Below, one piece after another: positions 9,920-20,626 of a stretch of 47,641 nt of DNA; within the stretch, counting starts at the first letter, position 1, and every line of letters starts with the position of its first letter. The notes under the pieces were generated by a model that made no database searches, had not been told where the DNA came from, and saw nothing but the letters and a program-made list of their open reading frames with translations. The position numbers and the translations under genes were made by a program. Where the stretch lies: the NCBI GenBank assembly GCA_026418035.1, contig JAOACC010000066.1, positions 1 to 47,641 on the forward strand, in the 5' to 3' direction. Source of the stretch: a bacterium (GTDB taxonomy: Bacteria > DUMJ01).

Positions 9920-10858
9920 TTATGCTCCTACTCTCACTGTTTCTATTAGTTGTAATATGAAGAATAGGAATCTTTCACCCATAGAACCTTTCTCCCTTAT
10001 TACACTATACTTGAAACCATCAGAGAGTATTATAATGGTTCCATATCTGTCAGTTCTATAAGTCTTTATATTATTCTCTTTTAAGAGCTCTATAACCTCG
10101 CTATGAGGGTGTCCATAAGAATTATTCTTTCCAACAGATATGATAGCTATTTCTGGTAACACAATATCTAATAATCTCTGATTAGTTCCTGTATTGGAAC
10201 CATGATGAGAAATTTTTATTACCTTACTTCTAAGCTTATCACTATTTACCTTTATAAGAAAAGATTGCTCCTCTACTTCTGCATCCCCCAAAAATAACAT
10301 TCCAAAATCCTTATAAGATAATTTACTAACTACAGAACCATTATTTATGCTTTTAACATCACTAGGTAGAGGGAAAATATACAGTTCTGCTGACTGCAAG
10401 TGAATAGTCTGACCATTAGGTCTCATATATTTAAGTTTCTTTTTTTCAACTAGGTCTAAAAGAGTCTTATAGACCTTTGAGGTATGAGGGATACCAGGGT
10501 CTAGATAATATTCTGGATCGTATCTTTTGATCACTTCAAACATACCACCTATATGATCACTATGAGGATGAGTAGCTATTACTAGGTTTAATTTCTTTAC
10601 TCCAAAAGAGCCAATCTTATCTGCAGAAAGAGCTTTATCTTGGCCAGCATCTATTAAGACATTTCTATCAAAAGCCTTTATGAGTATACTATCTCCTTGC
10701 CCTACATCAAGAACAAAAATTTTTACATCTGCATTAAATAATACGCCTCTACCGAAGAATAAATCTCTAATATTCGGGTCTGATACTCCAATACCTACTA
10801 TAGAGATAAATAAGAGAAGGATGATACCCAAGAAGCCTTTAACCCTTCTCAAAGCCAA
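9920..10858 (-). CDS. Membrane-anchored metallo-beta-lactamase fold hydrolase (ComEC C-terminal-domain-like)
   Basis: 312 aa with an N-terminal hydrophobic helix and the HPHSDHIGG (HxHxDH) motif. Confidence 0.75.
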   Translation of the reverse strand: MALRRVKGFLGIILLLFISIVGIGVSDPNIRDLFFGRGVLFNADVKIFVLDVGQGDSILIKAFDRNVLIDAGQDKALSADKIGSFGVKKLNLVIATHPHSDHIGGMFEVIKRYDPEYYLDPGIPHTSKVYKTLLDLVEKKKLKYMRPNGQTIHLQSAELYIFPLPSDVKSINNGSVVSKLSYKDFGMLFLGDAEVEEQSFLIKVNSDKLRSKVIKISHHGSNTGTNQRLLDIVLPEIAIISVGKNNSYGHPHSEVIELLKENNIKTYRTDRYGTIIILSDGFKYSVIREKGSMGERFLFFILQLIETVRVGA

Positions 10859-11073
10859 ACATCACCCTTTTCTTCTCTTTCTATGAGTCTATCAATCTTA
10901 TTCTTTATTTCTCTTTTAAGTTTTTCTGTCTCTTCTCGATCTATCCTTAGCTCAATAATAACAATATCCCCCTCTTTTGCATACTCTGGAAGAATAGACT
11001 TAGGGATATTAATAGTTACATCATTAACCAATACCGCTATATCTCCTTCAAATCTGTCAATAACAAATCTCAT
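10849..11073 (-). CDS. DUF3006-family small protein
   Basis: The track ORF (to 11154) has an implausible hydrophobic leader that overlaps thyX. The internal ATG at 11073 gives 74 aa starting MRFVIDRFEGDIAVL, which is typical of DUF3006. This family is commonly paired with ComEC-like MBL genes. Confidence 0.6.
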   Translation of the reverse strand: MRFVIDRFEGDIAVLVNDVTINIPKSILPEYAKEGDIVIIELRIDREETEKLKREIKNKIDRLIEREEKGDVWL

Positions 11074-11725
11074 TTTTAAGAGGACAAGGACCTTCTTCTG
11101 GACAAGGACCACTAAAACAAAAAGGACCAGCTTTTTCGAATATAACAGGAGCAACCTCTTTAACCTCTTTAAGCATAAGGTTAGCCATCATTCTTATCTC
11201 CCACTGTGCTCTAAGACAACACCTAAGATTAAAGAAATGTAGCAGTTCCCTAGCGTTCATAGTCACAATAATCTTAGTTGAAATTCCTTGAGGTAAAACA
11301 TATCTAGCATCTTCTTCAGGTATACCCAACTCAATAAGCTTATTATAGGTCGACTTAGCCAAGTCATTTACATTAGACAAAAGTTCCAATGCAGACTTAT
11401 TTTCCATAATAGACGGGGGAATAACAAAGTCTGTCTTGGACATATTTACATATCTCTGACTTTGCTGTGAATAACTAGCTATTCTATGTCTAACTAATTG
11501 GTGAGATGTAACTCTTGAGATGCCTTCTATACCAAAGGTAAAGCTTGCATGTTCAAATGGAGATAAATGACCAGAGTTCCTAAGTCTATTTAATAACTCT
11601 TTAACCTTTTCGTTAGTAAGTTTCTCAGCAAGCTCAGAGATATCTATCTTACTATAACATAGCCTTGCAGAAAGGGCTACTACTCTATCTGGTTCAGGTG
11701 TATAGGATAAAAGTCTTACATTCAT
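11057..11725 (-). CDS. thyX: FAD-dependent thymidylate synthase ThyX
   Basis: 222 aa with the ThyX signature RHRIASYSQQSQRY. Has a C-terminal Cys-rich tail. Confidence 0.9.
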   Translation of the reverse strand: MNVRLLSYTPEPDRVVALSARLCYSKIDISELAEKLTNEKVKELLNRLRNSGHLSPFEHASFTFGIEGISRVTSHQLVRHRIASYSQQSQRYVNMSKTDFVIPPSIMENKSALELLSNVNDLAKSTYNKLIELGIPEEDARYVLPQGISTKIIVTMNARELLHFFNLRCCLRAQWEIRMMANLMLKEVKEVAPVIFEKAGPFCFSGPCPEEGPCPLKNEICY

Positions 11726-11748
11726 ATAGGGTATTATAACATAAAAAA

Positions 11749-11823
11749 TGGTGGGCGGTAGTGGAGTTGAACCACTGACCTCTTCGGTGTCAACGAAGCG
11801 TTCTTCCGCTGAACTAACCGCCC
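11749..11823 (-). tRNA. tRNA-Val (anticodon GAC), CCA encoded
   Basis: The reverse complement GGGCGGTTAGTTCAGCGGAAGAACGCTTCGTTGACACCGAAGAGGTCAGTGGTTCAACTCCACTACCGCCCACCA folds as a cloverleaf. Anticodon loop is TTGACAC. Confidence 0.9.
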
Positions 11824-11828
11824 ACTTA

Positions 11829-11905
11829 TGGAGGGGACGCCCGGATTCGAACCGAGGAATAGCAGATTTGCAATCTGCCGCCTTAATCCGCTTGGCTACG
11901 TCCCC
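11829..11905 (-). tRNA. tRNA-Cys (anticodon GCA), CCA encoded
   Basis: The reverse complement GGGGACGTAGCCAAGCGGATTAAGGCGGCAGATTGCAAATCTGCTATTCCTCGGTTCGAATCCGGGCGTCCCCTCCA has anticodon loop TTGCAAA and discriminator U, as expected for tRNA-Cys. Confidence 0.85.
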
Positions 11906-11973
11906 TCAGCTATAACTATACTAACATAATATTCTACAAAAAGCAATAGCAAAGGTTAGACAAGAGAAACCGT

Positions 11974-12498
11974 CTAGATTTCAATATTTCTGCATGGAAT
12001 ATAAAGGTCTAAAATTACCTCTTCTTCACCTCTCTCTTGGGGCATCACAAAACGCTCATACGTATAAACCTCTATCATGTACCCCTTAGACTCGTCGTAT
12101 TCAAATCCTTTCTCTTTCATTTCAGACACCATTAGTGGTGTTCCTTCCATATATATCTCAGGCTCTTTCCCTTTAATCCATCCGACTGCCATCTTAGATG
12201 CAGGTAAATCACGAAAATCAAAACCTTCTGGCACAGGAGTATCTGGTCTCATAATCATCCCAACTATATAGGAAAATTCATTAGTATTAGGATCATATTC
12301 TCCTTCCCACCCAACATAAGAAAGATCTAAAATATAATCAGACATAGACTCTAATACCTGAAATATTCCGTTTTCAAAACACTTCATCCAAAATTGAGGG
12401 ATTGGATTATACTCTCCACCCACCTTTGTTCTTATCTCCTTACCGATAACTCTAGCAGGGCCAAAATCGATAAAACTAAGATTAGCTAAATTAGCCAT
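11974..12498 (-). CDS. GyrI-like / AraC-effector-binding-domain small-molecule binding protein
   Basis: 174 aa. Family call by eye (FGPARVIG..., ...YIPC... repeat-fold pattern). A candidate promoter TTGACA-17-TACTCT lies at 12538-12566 on the minus strand. Confidence 0.5.
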   Translation of the reverse strand: MANLANLSFIDFGPARVIGKEIRTKVGGEYNPIPQFWMKCFENGIFQVLESMSDYILDLSYVGWEGEYDPNTNEFSYIVGMIMRPDTPVPEGFDFRDLPASKMAVGWIKGKEPEIYMEGTPLMVSEMKEKGFEYDESKGYMIEVYTYERFVMPQERGEEEVILDLYIPCRNIEI

Positions 12499-12577
12499 AG
12501 AAATTGCCTCCCTTAAAATTAAAATAATTACAACTATAGAGTAGCATACAAAAGAAAGTCTGTCAAAAAAGTATAAA

Positions 12578-13603
12578 TTATGGATTAACTATGACCTTTA
12601 TACACTTATCTTTATTCTTATCTGCAAACTCCAACGCCTCCTGGGTTTTTTCTAAAGGAAAACGATGTGTAATAAGAGTCTTTAAATCTACTTTCCCTCT
12701 GGCTAATAAGTCTATAGCCTTCTTATATACATTGGCATATCTAAATATACCTAAAAGGTCTAATTCTTTAGAGCTTATCTCATTTATATTGATGCCAATA
12801 TAATCTTCAGATGCTAGACCTATAAAGACTACTTTCCCTCCTCTTTTAGCAAACTTTGTAGTCTGACTTATAACAGAAGAATTTCCAGAAGCTTCAAAAA
12901 CTACATCTACTCCATCCTTAATATAATCTTCCACCTTTTCTAAACTACTATTTATAACTAAATCTGCTCCAAGTTCCCTAGCCTTTGATAATCTAAAATC
13001 ATTTATATCAACAATAAACACCTGTCCTGCTCCGTAAGCCTTAACTGCTTGAAGAGTTACTAAACCTATTGGTCCTGCACCAAAAATTAACACAGTATCC
13101 TCAGGTCTTATTATAGCTCTTTCTGCAGAATAAATACCCACAGATAGAGGTTCTATTAGGGCGCCTTCATCAAAGGAGACATTATCTGGGAGTCTAAAGG
13201 CAAAGTCTTCAGGATGAGTAATATACTCAGTAAAAGCACCATCAATAGGAGGAGTTGCCATAAAAGCCACATCTGGACAAAGATTATATCTACCAGTTTT
13301 ACAATATATGCATCTTCTGCAGGGGATCCCTGGCTCTAAAGCAATTCTATCACCAACTTTTAAAGTTTTTACCTTAGAACCGATCTCAACCACCTCTCCA
13401 GCACATTCATGACCTAAAACTAACGGTTTTTCCACTACAAAAGATCCTATTCTACCTTCATTGTAATAGTGTATATCAGAACCACAGACTCCTACAGACT
13501 TTATTCTTACTAAAACCTCATCCTCTTTAGGCTTAGGGATTTCTCTCTCTTCTATAGAAATCTTCTTCACTTTTTCTAGAACCGCCGCTTTCATAAGACT
13601 CAC
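12578..13603 (-). CDS. Zinc-dependent sorbitol/L-iditol (or threonine) dehydrogenase-like MDR enzyme
   Basis: 341 aa with GVCGSDIHYY, GHECAGEV, structural-zinc Cys cluster CRRCIYCKTGRYNLC and Rossmann GAGPIGL. Confidence 0.8.
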   Translation of the reverse strand: MSLMKAAVLEKVKKISIEEREIPKPKEDEVLVRIKSVGVCGSDIHYYNEGRIGSFVVEKPLVLGHECAGEVVEIGSKVKTLKVGDRIALEPGIPCRRCIYCKTGRYNLCPDVAFMATPPIDGAFTEYITHPEDFAFRLPDNVSFDEGALIEPLSVGIYSAERAIIRPEDTVLIFGAGPIGLVTLQAVKAYGAGQVFIVDINDFRLSKARELGADLVINSSLEKVEDYIKDGVDVVFEASGNSSVISQTTKFAKRGGKVVFIGLASEDYIGININEISSKELDLLGIFRYANVYKKAIDLLARGKVDLKTLITHRFPLEKTQEALEFADKNKDKCIKVIVNP

Positions 13604-13633
13604 CTCTTTTCAAGTTTTCGTAATAATTTAAAT

Positions 13634-15313
13634 TTAACTCGCCTCTAAGACTAAAACCCAATCCTGATATATTGGAAGTCTCATACCTGAACCCTCTACT
13701 AATTCTGGTAACTGCCATTTCTTATCACTAGAAGGAGTAACTATACCAACTTTAATCTCGTCTCCATCTACAGGATTAAATAGATATGCCCTATAGACTA
13801 CCCCATCCTCTAAATCTTTTATTTTGAAATTGTTATAGAATAGTGGTAGATATATGATACGGACCTCTTTAGGTATCCCTGCACAGTAAGGATAATAATG
13901 ATTCTTCTTATTTTCCTCTGTTATCTCCACCTCTACCCATTCTGGATGTGGCTCAAATTTCCACCATTGATATCTTTCTAATAGTCTCTTTGCTATACCT
14001 AACTGTTTTGAACCTGGAAATCTATACGATTCCTCCCAAGGAGTATTTCCCCAACTCATCCCATGGGGAGATGGACCATAAGGTTCTTCCCTTCTATTAA
14101 TCTGCCAAACCCCATTAGCTCCATAGGTATATCCACAGGCTCCATTTAAAATAGTTGCCCAGAACATAAGCCTTTGAATCTGTTCTCTACACTGCCCTCC
14201 TATTCCTTCATAACATACTTCACCATTAACTACAGGCTTCCTTGGCTCCCCATTGTAAGATTGACTAACTCTAAATACAGTATTACCTATACTACTATCG
14301 CTATGACCTGTCTGAAGCATATCAAAATCTATAACCTCTAAGATTGGAGTAAATTCCCTAGCATATGTCCCAGGATGAATGGTTACAGGTCTATGAAACG
14401 GATCTATCTCTCTTAGATATCTTCCCACATCTATCCATCCTTCTCTCTGAAGATCTCTATCTCTATTCTTATCTTTTGATAAGTAATAAGGCATATCATA
14501 CTCTCCAGCCAAACACCAAATTACTGGATAAGCAGAATACCTTGCCACTAAATATTTCCAATGCTTCTTTATCTTTTCTATACCTAATAAAGGAAGATAA
14601 TATCCCCAACATCCTACAATACAAGGAATAAGACCTGACTTAATAAGCCAACCAATCTTTAGATCAGCCATGTCAAAATAATTAGGATTTATTCTAGAAA
14701 AATCCTTCTCCCAAGGGAAACCTACCTCATTTGCTCCTCTAGGATCAAAAGCAGACATATCAGGATAAATACCCGCTACGATCTGAATAACAGAGAAACC
14801 CTTCTCCACTCTATCTTGAGTTAGAATCTGAAATTCCTCAGGCCACTTTAAGCGCTTACATAATCCCATCCACCAGGTATCACCTAGCCAAAAGAATGGA
14901 GTCCCATCTAAATGTTCTAGATATCTTTTATTTTCACTTACTCTTATAGGTCCGTGCTTGAATAATGGATTATCTCCTTCATAGGGAATAACCTCTAACT
15001 CCCCCTTCTGAGTGTTAAGACTCAGGTTAGAGGAGTCTGAACAGAGGGCCCTGAATTTGTGTATCCCTATCTTAGGGCTTGCAAAACGGACTCTCCAAGT
15101 ATTTTCTCCTGCCCAAAAAGCTGGAATGACCTTCTCTTCACCATTAGGTTCAGTAAAGATTACAGAAACATCCACATCATTAAATGGGTCTTTGTAAAAC
15201 CTTTCAGATTCAAAAGACCACTCAATTATACAATTCTGCATAACGTATCTCACAGGAAACCTCCCCTTAGTATTTTTGCTTATTATACCACAAGCAGATA
15301 TTACACACACCAA
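13634..15313 (-). CDS. DUF5060/DUF4038 glycoside-hydrolase-like protein (GH140-like)
   Basis: 559 aa with FFWLGDTWW, typical of DUF4038. Start is uncertain: TTG at 15313 as in the track, or ATG at 15241 (MQNCIIEW...). Confidence 0.7.
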   Translation of the reverse strand: MVCVISACGIISKNTKGRFPVRYVMQNCIIEWSFESERFYKDPFNDVDVSVIFTEPNGEEKVIPAFWAGENTWRVRFASPKIGIHKFRALCSDSSNLSLNTQKGELEVIPYEGDNPLFKHGPIRVSENKRYLEHLDGTPFFWLGDTWWMGLCKRLKWPEEFQILTQDRVEKGFSVIQIVAGIYPDMSAFDPRGANEVGFPWEKDFSRINPNYFDMADLKIGWLIKSGLIPCIVGCWGYYLPLLGIEKIKKHWKYLVARYSAYPVIWCLAGEYDMPYYLSKDKNRDRDLQREGWIDVGRYLREIDPFHRPVTIHPGTYAREFTPILEVIDFDMLQTGHSDSSIGNTVFRVSQSYNGEPRKPVVNGEVCYEGIGGQCREQIQRLMFWATILNGACGYTYGANGVWQINRREEPYGPSPHGMSWGNTPWEESYRFPGSKQLGIAKRLLERYQWWKFEPHPEWVEVEITEENKKNHYYPYCAGIPKEVRIIYLPLFYNNFKIKDLEDGVVYRAYLFNPVDGDEIKVGIVTPSSDKKWQLPELVEGSGMRLPIYQDWVLVLEAS

Positions 15314-15334
15314 AATTAAGGATGTTTCTAGCTG

Positions 15335-15363
15335 TTGACATTGGTAAAAATATATTTTATAAT
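15335..15363 (+). promoter_or_regulatory. Orphan perfect-consensus sigma-70 promoter pointing away from any plus-strand CDS
   Basis: TTGACA (15335-15340), 17-nt spacer, TATAAT (15358-15363). Confidence 0.45.
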
Positions 15364-15392
15364 CTTCTAGGGTTAAGAATAATTACCTGTTA

Positions 15393-15436
15393 AATGGGTT
15401 CAAAATGGCTCGTGAATGGGTAATAAATGGTTAGGG
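15393..15436. repeat. Four direct AATGG-core repeats at exact 11-nt phasing
   Basis: AATGG starts at 15393, 15404, 15415 and 15426. The units are AATGGGTTCAA, AATGGCTCGTG, AATGGGTAATA and AATGGTTAGGG. Confidence 0.8.
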
Positions 15437-15460
15437 GTGAAACCCGAAAGGGTTCACCCC
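15434..15460. terminator. Strong GC-rich hairpin 4 nt past the NYN-gene stop, possibly a bidirectional terminator
   Basis: GGGGTGAAACCC, GAAA loop, GGGTTCACCCC: an 11-bp stem with one bulged A. Flanks are only moderately T-rich on either strand. Confidence 0.6.
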
Positions 15461-15464
15461 TTCA

Positions 15465-15965
15465 TTATATGTGAGATTTTTCTAGATACTCTCTCAATTC
15501 CGCCAAATCTACATATCTATCGGCTGCGTTCCTTAACTCTATAGCTATATGTCCTAAGGTAGACACTACAACTACTTCCTTACCTATCATCCTAAGATAC
15601 TCTATAACACTCTCGAAATCGCTATCTCCAGAAAAGAGATAGGCTTCATCGTAATGAGTAGAGGTAACTATAAGGTCCAATGTTATTTCCACATCCATAT
15701 TACTCTTTTGTTTTTCCTCATTATCTAAAGATGATATAGTCTTTAATGGTTTTTTCCTTACCGTATAACCTATTAAGGTCAGAGCTTTAAGAAAGTTTTC
15801 TTGATTCTGGTCAGTAGTATCATAACCAGAATAATAAAATGCATTATAAAAGTTTTCATTTCCTTTAAAATAGTTAAGAAGTTTCTCAAAATCTATATTC
15901 CACTTTAATTTTCTCTGTACAAAATAGAGATTATTTCCATCTATAAATAACGCTCTTCTCCCCAT
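15465..15965 (-). CDS. NYN/LabA-like (PIN-fold) domain protein
   Basis: 166 aa. N-terminal ALFIDGNNLY and later FSGDSDF acidic motifs are typical of NYN/LabA ribonuclease-like domains. Confidence 0.7.
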   Translation of the reverse strand: MGRRALFIDGNNLYFVQRKLKWNIDFEKLLNYFKGNENFYNAFYYSGYDTTDQNQENFLKALTLIGYTVRKKPLKTISSLDNEEKQKSNMDVEITLDLIVTSTHYDEAYLFSGDSDFESVIEYLRMIGKEVVVVSTLGHIAIELRNAADRYVDLAELREYLEKSHI

Positions 15966-16028
15966 AAATCTTACCCTATTTCCTCCTAAAATATTTTTCT
16001 AGTTCAATTTTACTCTTCTTATCTACCC

Positions 16029-16057
16029 TTGACAATAGATAGGTAATTAATTAAAAT
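16029..16057 (+). promoter_or_regulatory. Candidate promoter for eno
   Basis: TTGACA (16029-16034), 17-nt spacer, TAAAAT (16052-16057). Confidence 0.5.
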
Positions 16058-16096
16058 TTAACCATCTAAGAATTAAACGAATATTGCGGAGGATAA

Positions 16097-18782
<2,686 letters not shown>

Positions 18783-18786
<4 letters not shown>

Positions 18787-19064
18787 ATAAAGCATGTAAA
18801 ATATTAATTTCAGCATTTATAGTCATTTATCTAATAATCCTATCGAGGTCTGCATTTACTGTCTTGTATCATATAAACGAAAGTAAAATGAGAATTTCAC
18901 AACTAAGAGAACAGTTAAATAAACTTAGAGAGGAAAATAAGAAACTAGAAAAAGAGATCTATAGACTTAAATATGATGACAAATATATAGAAATATTAAT
19001 AAGAGAGGAGTTAGGATGGACAAAACCTGGAGAGATCCTATGTATTCCAACACAAAACCACTAG
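18783..19064 (+). CDS. ftsB: Septum formation initiator (FtsB/DivIC family)
   Basis: 93 aa: one transmembrane helix, a coiled coil (LREENKKLEKEIYRLK) and a C-terminal IREELGWTKPGE motif. The TTG start overlaps the pyk stop. Confidence 0.7.
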
Positions 19065-19402
19065 ATAATCAACAGATAGTTGAAGGAAAGGTAAAAAAAA
19101 TTACCAAATTTGGAGCTTTTTTGACACTTAATGACGGAAGAGAGGCATTTCTACACATCTCAGAGATAGATTCTTCATATGTAAAAGAGGTAACAGATTA
19201 TCTTCATGAAGGAGATAAAGTAAAAGCAGTAGTAATAGGATATAATAAAAGAGGAGACTTGGAAGTTTCTATAAAGAGGCTCAAGTCTTTAGAGGAATTT
19301 GAATTTAAATTATCGCATTTCCTTAAGGAAAGTAATGAAAGATTAGGGGACCTCAAAAAAAATCTAGAAGAAAAATGGAAAGGTAAACAAAAGAAGTGGT
19401 AA
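19016..19402 (+). CDS. S1 RNA-binding domain protein (YabR / general stress protein 13-like)
   Basis: 128 aa with S1 motif GKVKKITKFGAFL. GAGGAG lies 5 nt upstream of the ATG. The divIC-yabR type neighbourhood is present. Confidence 0.75.
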   Translation: MDKTWRDPMYSNTKPLDNQQIVEGKVKKITKFGAFLTLNDGREAFLHISEIDSSYVKEVTDYLHEGDKVKAVVIGYNKRGDLEVSIKRLKSLEEFEFKLSHFLKESNERLGDLKKNLEEKWKGKQKKW

Positions 19403-19411
19403 TTATTTTAA

Positions 19412-20530
19412 CTAGCTAGATATCATAGTCTTTATCTGCAAAAATCTAATAAGGTCTGTTTTACTTATAATACCAACAAGTTTATCCTCATCTATAACTA
19501 ATAGTCTTCCAACTGACCCTTTGTTTATTTTCAAAAAGGCATCAAACGCCGACTCCTCGGGAGTTATAGTAAGGTCAGAAGATACTGGAATCATTATATC
19601 TCTCACTGTATAGTGCTTCCATTCTTCCCGAGGAATTTTTCTTATATCGTTTAAGGTGACTATTCCAAGTATATTATCTCCCCACATAACTGGAAAAGCG
19701 ACATATCTGTAATACAAGAAATAGTTTAAAACAAGGTCTTCTATATTAATATTCGGTGGAACAGATTGTATCTCTTTACTCATAAGGTCCTTCACTCTAG
19801 CATCTGTAAAGGCTTCCCTTATGTCAACCTCTCTCTCACCTGACATAGCACCTTGACTTAGAAACCATCCAATAAAGATAAACCAAAGACCAGTTATAAA
19901 CTGACCAAAGAGAAGAATATAAAAACCCAAAAACATTATCATGGTAGCAAAAGTCATTCCAATACTAGTCGATATCCTAGTAGCTCTTCTATAATTCTTA
20001 AGGCTCATCCAAAGCACAGCCCTTAAAACTCTTCCTCCATCTAGAGGAAAGGCAGGAATTAAATTAAATCCTGCTAAGATTAGATTTACCCTGTAAAGAT
20101 ATAATATAGCACCTCCAATAGGTGATAAAGGATTAAATGGAAACTTAGAAAATAAAAAAAATATTAGTGCTAAAAGGGCGCTAGTAATTGGTCCTATAAT
20201 AGATATAAGTAATTCATCTTTAGCTGACTTAGGTTCTCCTTCTATCTCTGCTATGCCTCCGAACATAAAAAGGGTAATACGCTTTATTTTTAGCCCTAAT
20301 TTTAGAGCAGTATAAGAATGCATAATCTCATGCATAGTAACACAAATAAAGAATATAAGAGAGGCTATAGCTCCGATAATCCAGTTAATATAGGGAGAGG
20401 TATATAAGGTATAGTTAGACAGATAAGTAGTAGCCAGTGTATTAGTTATAAGGCCAAACACTATAATCCAAGTATAATGAACCTCTATAGGGATTCCCAG
20501 GATTCTACCTATCCGTAGACTCCCCACCAT
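19412..20530 (-). CDS. Site-2 protease family (M50) metalloprotease with C-terminal CBS pair
   Basis: 372 aa, multiple transmembrane helices, HEIMHS (HExxH) and NLIPAFPLDGG motifs, and a CBS-like C-terminus. Confidence 0.85.
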   Translation of the reverse strand: MVGSLRIGRILGIPIEVHYTWIIVFGLITNTLATTYLSNYTLYTSPYINWIIGAIASLIFFICVTMHEIMHSYTALKLGLKIKRITLFMFGGIAEIEGEPKSAKDELLISIIGPITSALLALIFFLFSKFPFNPLSPIGGAILYLYRVNLILAGFNLIPAFPLDGGRVLRAVLWMSLKNYRRATRISTSIGMTFATMIMFLGFYILLFGQFITGLWFIFIGWFLSQGAMSGEREVDIREAFTDARVKDLMSKEIQSVPPNINIEDLVLNYFLYYRYVAFPVMWGDNILGIVTLNDIRKIPREEWKHYTVRDIMIPVSSDLTITPEESAFDAFLKINKGSVGRLLVIDEDKLVGIISKTDLIRFLQIKTMISS

Positions 20531-20626
20531 AAAAACAAAATCACCCCTTCCTACTATAGATTAGTCCCAAGCCTATAATACCACTTTAACTATTTAAAGT
20601 CTATAGAAATCAGTAATTGACCCTTC

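Noticed and set aside
10883-11242. 119-aa plus-strand ORF, and the 27-codon N-terminal extension of the DUF3006 ORF (11074-11154)
   Set aside because: Both overlap the thyX and DUF3006 coding sequence. The extension is a Leu/Val/Lys homopolymer-like string inside thyX, and the internal ATG at 11073 gives a family-typical start.
15394-15423. 9-codon mini-ORF (MGSKWLVNG) inside the candidate sRNA region
   Set aside because: It has no SD and is too short to judge. The ATGs are simply part of the AATGG repeats.
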